Source: an uncultured bacterium (GTDB lineage Bacteria > UBA8481). From it: a stretch of 64,000 nucleotides of DNA. Of the stretch, positions 57,233 through 64,000 are shown piece after piece; within the stretch, counting starts at the first letter, position 1, and each line of letters begins with the position of its first letter. The stretch spans positions 2,001-66,000 of the forward strand of contig CAZCME010000009.1 of NCBI GenBank assembly GCA_964499705.1. Reading direction: 5' to 3'. The notes beneath the pieces are model-generated. The model was not told the origin of the DNA. It made no database searches and saw only the letters and a list, made by a program, of their open reading frames with translations. A program made the position numbers and the translations under genes.

Positions 57233-58455
57233 GCCGGTGGAAGTGCCGTCGCCGCTGCGGCGGCGCGTTGACTGACATGGCCTTCCACCCGATGCATGAG
57301 GAACGGCAGGAGCAGGGAAAGCGCGATCGCGATATATCCGACCAGCGGCATGTTCGTCAGGGCGTGCGACCCGGTTTCTCCGAGGATCTGCGACGCCATA
57401 AAGGCGCCGGATGAAGTTCCGAGGTGCTGGACCGTGGACTGGATTGAAGTGAACCGTGCGCGCTCGTGCGGCCCTGGAACTTTTGACGTGAGCACGTTGT
57501 AGGCCACATTCCGAAACGACATCGCCGTCATGAATCCGATGAAGATGACCATGACCGGCAGCGGCGGCACGGTCATGACGAAACCCATGAAGATGACGAC
57601 GCAGAGAAGCAAGCTGCCGCCCGCTCCAACGCGCGTGGAACCGAGCCTGTCGACGAGCGCGCCGGCGATGCGGATGAAGAAGAAGCTGAACGTGCCTCCG
57701 ACCATGTAGAGAAGCCCGATATGGGCGCGCGGATAACCGAGATTATGCTGAAGGTAGGCCGAGATATTCGGGATGATGAGAAATCCGGCTGTCATGGTGA
57801 CGAAGGTCATGAGATAGGAAGCGATCACGTCAGGATTTGCCAGCAGAGTTCCCAGGCCGGCTTCGCCGGCTCCGCGCGCTCTTCGATGCGCGGTCATGGA
57901 GGGAAACACGGCCAGGACTCCGAGAAAGATGATGATGCCCAGGGCGGCCACGGTGAAGAACGGGGAGCGCCATCCGAAGTGGCGGGCGAGTTCCAGGCCG
58001 AGCGGAACGCCGAAGACCGATGCCACGGAAAATGCGCCCATCACGACACCCATGGCGCGGCCTCGGCGCGCGACCGGTATGGCGTCCGCGATGACGGCGA
58101 GCGCGAGCGAAGACGCGGGACCTCCGAAGGCGCCAGCGGCGAGCCGGGAGAGCATGAGCGTGGACATGTCGAAGGCGAAGCCGGCGGCGGCCGTGGCGAT
58201 GATGAGACCTCCGAGCGCGACAAGGAGAGCGCGACGCCGGTCGAATCGTTCGAGAAAGAAGGAGCCTGCGAGGCCCGCGAGGGAAGCGGCGATCGTGTAG
58301 CTGGCGGCTATGTAACCGAGATGCGACGCGGGAATATCGAGCGCCCTGGCGAAGTCCGGTCCCAGCGGCATCACGATCATGAAATCCAGGATGTTGATGA
58401 ACTGGATGGCGCTGATGAGGAAAATGATCGTGCGTTCGTTGGAGAGAGGTTTCAT
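57229..58455 (-). CDS. MFS transporter
   Basis: About 12 TMs, ERFDRRR motif A, DFMIVMPLGP. Confidence 0.92.
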   Translation of the reverse strand: MKPLSNERTIIFLISAIQFINILDFMIVMPLGPDFARALDIPASHLGYIAASYTIAASLAGLAGSFFLERFDRRRALLVALGGLIIATAAAGFAFDMSTLMLSRLAAGAFGGPASSLALAVIADAIPVARRGRAMGVVMGAFSVASVFGVPLGLELARHFGWRSPFFTVAALGIIIFLGVLAVFPSMTAHRRARGAGEAGLGTLLANPDVIASYLMTFVTMTAGFLIIPNISAYLQHNLGYPRAHIGLLYMVGGTFSFFFIRIAGALVDRLGSTRVGAGGSLLLCVVIFMGFVMTVPPLPVMVIFIGFMTAMSFRNVAYNVLTSKVPGPHERARFTSIQSTVQHLGTSSGAFMASQILGETGSHALTNMPLVGYIAIALSLLLPFLMHRVEGHVSQRAAAAATALPPA

Positions 58456-58482
58456 GCGCGGGAGTTCAGGCCGTGGAGCGAC

Positions 58483-58686
58483 CTATTCCTCCTGGTACTT
58501 GATGACCTCGACCGGGCAGCCTTCCGCGGCGGCGATTATCTGGCGGGAATGGGGAGCGGGATCGACGGCGGGCCTGACAGAAGAGGAATCGGCTCCATCC
58601 TTGATCTCGAAGACTTCCGGACAGCAAGCCGTGCTTACGGTGCAAAGAATGCATCCCGGTTCGATCCAGACTTTTTTGACGGTCAT
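58483..58686 (-). CDS. Small ferredoxin
   Basis: CILCTVS..CCPEVF...AEGCPVEVI. Confidence 0.8.
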   Translation of the reverse strand: MTVKKVWIEPGCILCTVSTACCPEVFEIKDGADSSSVRPAVDPAPHSRQIIAAAEGCPVEVIKYQEE

Positions 58687-58807
58687 AATGAGGATAAAGT
58701 GTACAGGAAAAGCGCTGGCCACCGGAATATTTTAATTTCCACTACAAAAACGGGGAACTTATGGTACGATATCCGTCTAATTCCACAAGAAAGTCGGTGA
58801 GGATGAG

Positions 58808-59575
58808 ATGAAGAGAAATACTCTGGCGGCGGCGGTCGTCCTTCTGGGCTGCGTTGTGGCCAGCACGGCGGGAGCGCCTGAGCCTGTGAATAACAACGCG
58901 TGGGCCCTCGGCGAAAAGCTCGAATATGCCGTCAAATACGGCCCGTTTTCCGCGGGCAGGAGCACCTTCGCCGTGGAGGGCGAGGAGACGGTCGGCGGCC
59001 AGAAGGCCGTGAAATTCACCTCCATTCTCACATCGTCCCGGGCTTTTTTCTTCAAGGTCTATGATTCCGCGACGTCCTTTTCCGACTTTTCCTCGCTTTA
59101 TTCTCTCCGATACGAAAAGTTTCAGCACGAAGCCGACGAGAAGAGCTCCAATGTCACCGTCTTCAACCACACTGCCGCGCGGGCGGTCCGGACGGAAGAC
59201 GGAAAGGCTCACCCGTCGATGACCATGGTGCCTTACGCCAGGGACATCCTGGGTGTCATCTACTATGTTCGAACGCAACCGTTGAAGGTCGGCAAATCCA
59301 TCAGGATTCCGGTCCATGACGGGAAAAGGGACTACAACATGGAAGTGGTTGTCCGGAACAAGGAGCGGGTGACGGTGCCGGCGGGGCAGTTCGACTGCCT
59401 CGTAGTGGAGCCGAAGCTGTGGCAGCTCGACGGCAACCTGAAGAAAAAGGGGCAGATGGTCCTGTGGATGACCGACGACAGCCGCCATCTCCCGGTTCGC
59501 ATCCGTATGTCGATTCCCGTCGGCTCCCTGGTGGCCAGTCTCGACAAGATGACGGGCGTCAAGCCGGCGCTGTAA
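58808..59575 (+). CDS. DUF3108-like exported protein
   Basis: GEKLEY.VKYG, VTVPAGQFDC..VEP, WMTDD.RHLPV. Confidence 0.8.
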   Translation: MKRNTLAAAVVLLGCVVASTAGAPEPVNNNAWALGEKLEYAVKYGPFSAGRSTFAVEGEETVGGQKAVKFTSILTSSRAFFFKVYDSATSFSDFSSLYSLRYEKFQHEADEKSSNVTVFNHTAARAVRTEDGKAHPSMTMVPYARDILGVIYYVRTQPLKVGKSIRIPVHDGKRDYNMEVVVRNKERVTVPAGQFDCLVVEPKLWQLDGNLKKKGQMVLWMTDDSRHLPVRIRMSIPVGSLVASLDKMTGVKPAL

Positions 59576-59700
59576 ACAGGCCCAGGAAGCCGGATCCGGA
59601 AGCGGGATCCGGAGCGATGTAAGTTTACGAATCCCAGCCCCCAGATCCGTGCCATCAAAATTCTAATTTTCAACTTCCGGAACATCTGTATTCTCTTCGC

Positions 59701-62424
59701 ATGAAATCGCTCGATTCTTTTAATGCACGCTGCACCCTGACCGTCGGCAATCGTTCCCTCGAATACTTCAGCCTTCCCAGGCTCGAAAAAGCCGGCCTCC
59801 CGGTTTCGCGTCTCCCGTATTCGCTCCGGATTCTCCTGGAGAATCTGCTCCGCTTCGAAGATAACCGGTCCGTTTCCCGCAAGGACATCGAGGCGCTCGC
59901 GAACTGGGATCCGAAGGCGGAGCCCGATTCGGAAATATCATTCATGCCGGCGCGGGTCATTCTCCAGGATTTCACCGGCGTGCCCTGCGTCGTCGATTTC
60001 GCGGCGATGCGCGATGCGATGGCGGAGATGTCGGATTCGAACGGAAGCGATGACGCGGCGAAGATCAATCCCCTGATGCCCGCGGAGCTTGTGATCGACC
60101 ATTCCGTCCAGGTCGATGAATATGGTTCCGAGGCCGCCTTCTTCCTGAACAACGAGAAGGACTACGAGCGCAATGTCGAGCGTTATGTGCTCCTGCGGTG
60201 GGGACAGAAAGCCCTGAGAGGATTCCGCGTCGTCCCGCCCGCCACGGGAATCGTCCACCAGGTCAACCTCGAGTATCTCGCCCGCGTCGTTTTCGATTCC
60301 GACGGAGTCGCTTATCCGGATACCGTGATCGGAACCGACAGCCACACGACGATGATCAACGGCCTGGGAGTGCTGGGCTGGGGCGTGGGCGGCATCGAAG
60401 CGGAGGCGGCGATGCTGGGACAGCCGATCCCGCTTCTGATACCGCAGGTCCTGGGATTCAAGCTGCACGGAGATCTGCCCGAGGGATCCACGGCGACGGA
60501 TCTCGTACTGACCGTGACGCAAATGCTTCGGAAAAAGGGCGTCGTCGGAAAATTCGTGGAATTTTACGGCGCCGGTTTGTCCAGGCTGGGATTGGCGGAT
60601 CGCGCCACGATCGGGAACATGTCGCCGGAATTCGGGTCCACATGCGCGATCTTCCCCATCGATGCCGTGACCGTCGATTATCTCCGGTTTTCGGGCCGCG
60701 ACGCGGAGCAGGTCGCCCTTGTGGAAGCCTATGCGAAAGCGCAGGGCCTCTATCATTCGGATTCCTCGCCCGAGCCGGACTATTCGGACAAGCTCGAACT
60801 GGATCTGGCCACGGTGGTGCCGAGCCTGGCGGGGCCTCGTCGCCCGCAGGACCGCGTGACGCTGAAGGATGTGAAGCGGAGCTTCGCGGAGGCGCTTCCG
60901 GCTCTCATGGAAGCGGCGCGCGGCAAGGCCGGCGGTGCAGCGGGGACGGAGACGGCTTTCAAGGACAGCGTTCCGGCCGAATGGCGCGGAGAAAAGTTCG
61001 AGGTCAGGAACGGGTCCGTCGTCGTCGCGGCGATCACATCCTGCACCAACACATCGAATCCGTCGGTGATGATCGGAGCCGGGCTCGTGGCGAAGAAAGC
61101 GGCGGAGCGCGGGCTCACGGCGAAACCTTGGGTTAAGACCAGTCTGGCGCCCGGTTCGAAGGTTGTGACGGAATACCTGAACAAGGCCGGCCTCACGCCT
61201 TATCTCAACGCGCTCAATTTTCATAACGTGGGCTACGGATGCACGACATGCATCGGCAACAGCGGCCCCTTGCCGCCTCCCGTTTCCGAAGCCGTCCATG
61301 CCGGCAAGCTCGTGGTTGCCGCCGTACTCTCGGGAAATCGGAATTTCGAGGGGCGTATCAATCCGGATGTCCGCGCCAATTATCTCGCCAGCCCGCCGCT
61401 CGTTGTCGCGTATGCGATCGCGGGGAGGATGGACATCGACCTGTATACGGAACCCATCGGAAATGATCGAGACGGCCGGGAGGTTTTTCTCCGGGACATC
61501 TGGCCTACGCAGAAGGAATTGCGGGAGACGATGGCGGCGGCGGTGCTGCCCGAACAGTTCCGCAAGCATTATGCCGATGTCTTCACGGGCGATGAAAAGT
61601 GGCGGGCGCTGCCTGTCCCCGAGGGATCGCGCTTCGCATGGGATCCCGATTCGACCTATGTGCGGCGGCCGACGTTTCTTATGGGGATCCCCGCCCATCC
61701 TGTTCCGCCGGCCGATATCCTCGGCGCGCGCGTCCTCGCTCTCCTGGGGGATTCCGTCACGACCGACCATATTTCTCCCGCTGGATCGATCAAGAAGGAT
61801 TCTCCCGCCGGCAAATATCTCATCGAGCACGGCGTTGCGCCCGGGGATTTCAATTCCTACGGCGCGCGGCGCGGCAATCACGAAGTGATGATGCGCGGAA
61901 CTTTCGCGAACATCCGCCTTCGGAACAGGCTTGTGGAGATCGAGGGAGGCTTCACAAAGCACCTGCCGGACGGAGAGACGATGTCGATTTTCGACGCGTC
62001 CGTGAAGTATGAGGCATCGAGCGTCCCGCTGCTTGTCATCGCGGGCAAGGAATACGGCTCGGGATCCTCGCGCGACTGGGCGGCAAAGGGGACGGCCATG
62101 CTCGGAGTGCGCGGCGTGATCGCGGAATCCTACGAGCGGATCCACAGGTCGAACCTCATCGGCATGGGTGTTCTGCCGATGCAGTTTCTCGACGGCGCAA
62201 GCGCCTCATCGATCGGCGTGACGGGGCTGGAGCTCTTCAGCGTCATGGGCATCGCCGAACTTTCACCGGGAAAAATTCTCACCGTCAGCGCCCTACGGGA
62301 TGGCGGCGGCTCGGCTTCGTCCGCCGTGAAATTCGAGGTCAAGTGCCGGATCGACACATCCGTCGAACTGGACTATTTCCGGCATGGCGGCATCCTGCCG
62401 TTCGTCATGAGGCAGCTGAGGTAA
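59701..62424 (+). CDS. acnA: Aconitate hydratase A
   Basis: [63 protein letters not shown]. Confidence 0.97.
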   Translation: MKSLDSFNARCTLTVGNRSLEYFSLPRLEKAGLPVSRLPYSLRILLENLLRFEDNRSVSRKDIEALANWDPKAEPDSEISFMPARVILQDFTGVPCVVDFAAMRDAMAEMSDSNGSDDAAKINPLMPAELVIDHSVQVDEYGSEAAFFLNNEKDYERNVERYVLLRWGQKALRGFRVVPPATGIVHQVNLEYLARVVFDSDGVAYPDTVIGTDSHTTMINGLGVLGWGVGGIEAEAAMLGQPIPLLIPQVLGFKLHGDLPEGSTATDLVLTVTQMLRKKGVVGKFVEFYGAGLSRLGLADRATIGNMSPEFGSTCAIFPIDAVTVDYLRFSGRDAEQVALVEAYAKAQGLYHSDSSPEPDYSDKLELDLATVVPSLAGPRRPQDRVTLKDVKRSFAEALPALMEAARGKAGGAAGTETAFKDSVPAEWRGEKFEVRNGSVVVAAITSCTNTSNPSVMIGAGLVAKKAAERGLTAKPWVKTSLAPGSKVVTEYLNKAGLTPYLNALNFHNVGYGCTTCIGNSGPLPPPVSEAVHAGKLVVAAVLSGNRNFEGRINPDVRANYLASPPLVVAYAIAGRMDIDLYTEPIGNDRDGREVFLRDIWPTQKELRETMAAAVLPEQFRKHYADVFTGDEKWRALPVPEGSRFAWDPDSTYVRRPTFLMGIPAHPVPPADILGARVLALLGDSVTTDHISPAGSIKKDSPAGKYLIEHGVAPGDFNSYGARRGNHEVMMRGTFANIRLRNRLVEIEGGFTKHLPDGETMSIFDASVKYEASSVPLLVIAGKEYGSGSSRDWAAKGTAMLGVRGVIAESYERIHRSNLIGMGVLPMQFLDGASASSIGVTGLELFSVMGIAELSPGKILTVSALRDGGGSASSAVKFEVKCRIDTSVELDYFRHGGILPFVMRQLR

Positions 62425-62473
62425 CAGTCGCGCCGAACGCCAGATCGCCCCGGTGGATTTCAGCCCCGCCGGA

Positions 62474-63790
62474 TCAGGCGGCGAACTCCCTGGCTGTTAC
62501 GGAGCTATTCTCCATGATTTCATACCTGTTTCGACCATTGCGCTTGGCTCGATAGAGCGCCTGGTCCGCGGCCGCCAGCAGGCTCAGCGGAGTAGACCGT
62601 CCCGTGTCGGCGACGACGCCGAGCGAAATCGTGACATCGATCAGCGGGGTGGTACGGCTCATAACGCATCCGGGTTTCGCCACGCGGATCAGCAGATCTT
62701 CGACGGCGGCCCGCATGCGTTCGGCGGCCACCGCGGCTTTTTCGAGGTTTGTTTCGGGCAGAAGGACCGCGAATTCCTCGCCGCCATAGCGCGCCACGAC
62801 ATCGATGTCGCGGAGAGTGCGCCGGAGCGCATCCGCGACGGCCCTCAGGACCAGGTCGCCCGCGGCGTGTCCATAGGTGTCGTTGATCTTCTTGAAATGA
62901 TCGATGTCGATCATGACAACGGAGAGGGGCTGGCTCATCCGCCGGGCTCGATCACATTCCGTCGCGAAGATCTCGTCGAGCGATCTGCGATTGAATAATC
63001 CGGTCACGGAATCAATCTGGGCGAGATTTTCCACTCTCTGGATGTGAAAGGATTTTTCCAGAGACAGACCGGTGACGGACGCGAGAATATCCAGGGCATC
63101 CTCATCGATCCCGGAGTCGATCGTGGGATCCGCGTCGCTCCGGCCGCGGAAATCCAGCAGGATCGCATCCCCGCCCGACGATCGGAGGTCCCTGGTCGCG
63201 ACACCGCTTTCCTGCGCGTAACTCCATGTCCGATCAGCATCGCATTCAGCGAGGGGCGAGGGATGCGGATTCACGAGAAAGTCGCGGCTCGTTCCTGTCG
63301 CATCGCGGAAGCGGATCGCGGCGGATTTTGCGCCGAGCGTTTCGCAGCAGGCATGTCCGAACGCTTCCAGGATTTCCTCCACGCGCATGGAAGCACCCAT
63401 GGTCCTGACAAGTTCGCGCACGCGAAGGAGGTGCTCGAGCCTCCTGCGGCAGTTGAGTTCATGCTCGCGTGCCGCGTCGATGCGGCGGGCCGCGGCGCTG
63501 CGCGCCTCCTCGAGCTCCTGTCGCCGCGCCCGGAAACGTGTGTCGCCGGAATGGTGTATGAATCGAGCCAGCGCCCGGATGGAGACGGCGGCGGCAAGCG
63601 GGGAGAAGGAGAACAGCGTAAGGATGGTGGCATCGTGAAATCGAAGGAGAGCGAGGATTGTTGCGAGACATCCGGCGACGACGATCCATGGGCGCGGGAG
63701 ACGGGATGGGATGACGGCCGACCTTTGGACCTTCTTCGCGGCGAGAAGCAGGGATTGTTGAGTCCTGGGACGAGCCGGTGCCGCGTTCAT
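62474..63790 (-). CDS. Membrane diguanylate cyclase with GAF-like region
   Basis: Two TMs, DIDHFKKINDTYGH, RDID I-site, RYGGEEF. Confidence 0.92.
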   Translation of the reverse strand: MNAAPARPRTQQSLLLAAKKVQRSAVIPSRLPRPWIVVAGCLATILALLRFHDATILTLFSFSPLAAAVSIRALARFIHHSGDTRFRARRQELEEARSAAARRIDAAREHELNCRRRLEHLLRVRELVRTMGASMRVEEILEAFGHACCETLGAKSAAIRFRDATGTSRDFLVNPHPSPLAECDADRTWSYAQESGVATRDLRSSGGDAILLDFRGRSDADPTIDSGIDEDALDILASVTGLSLEKSFHIQRVENLAQIDSVTGLFNRRSLDEIFATECDRARRMSQPLSVVMIDIDHFKKINDTYGHAAGDLVLRAVADALRRTLRDIDVVARYGGEEFAVLLPETNLEKAAVAAERMRAAVEDLLIRVAKPGCVMSRTTPLIDVTISLGVVADTGRSTPLSLLAAADQALYRAKRNGRNRYEIMENSSVTAREFAA

Positions 63791-64000
63791 GACGCGGGGT
63801 TCGCTTCATATCGCGCCTGAAGCGGAGTTTCGACGCGATCTTGGCCGGAATTCCTGGCGCGGACCAGGGCGGCGTCCGCCGCCTTCAGCAGGGCGGGAGC
63901 GTTGTCGGCGTGCAAGGGGCAGATCGCCACGCCGAAGGAAGCTGTCAGGGGAGTGTCATCCGGTCGCGAGATGCGGGAAGACAGGGAAGTGCGGATCATG
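63787..64000 (-). CDS. C-terminal part of a GGDEF-domain protein (5' end off window)
   Basis: LTASFGVA..LLKAADAAL.RA...GQDRV; ATGA overlap with the next gene. Confidence 0.75.
   Translation of the reverse strand, partial: MIRTSLSSRISRPDDTPLTASFGVAICPLHADNAPALLKAADAALVRARNSGQDRVETPLQARYEANPAS

Noticed and set aside
59938-62145. 735-aa minus-strand ORF
   Set aside because: Antisense shadow of acnA.

Overview
High-GC bacterial chromosomal window, mostly housekeeping, envelope and signalling genes. It contains: (i) a ~16 kb minus-strand alpha-glucan (dextran/isomalto-oligosaccharide) locus with two multidomain GH66-like enzymes, a GH15, a sugar ABC transporter and a LacI repressor, plus three TGTTAGCGCTAACA-type operators visible in the sequence; (ii) a complete group II intron (29732-31696) inserted precisely into one copy of a dispersed nested-palindrome element family that has four copies here (9.8, 22.7, 29.6 and 49.3 kb). 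The intron has an EBS1-like CAGGAT matching the element's reiterated ATCCTG, and its RT N-terminus is split by a hairpin-forming insertion; (iii) a second palindrome family (GGGGACA...TGTCCCC) that reads in-frame into gene ends; (iv) tRNA-Gly(CCC) with a 19-bp duplication of its 3' end, beside a secreted TPR-CHAT protease/FecR pair; (v) an uncharacterised Hpt-REC-GGDEF-REC / HEAT / GT2 polysaccharide cassette with a membrane class III cyclase and a four-repeat phosphatase-like protein; (vi) about ten genes with a TANNNT box 5-7 nt before the start codon, suggesting widespread leaderless transcription. All calls come from manual motif reading; no searches were run.
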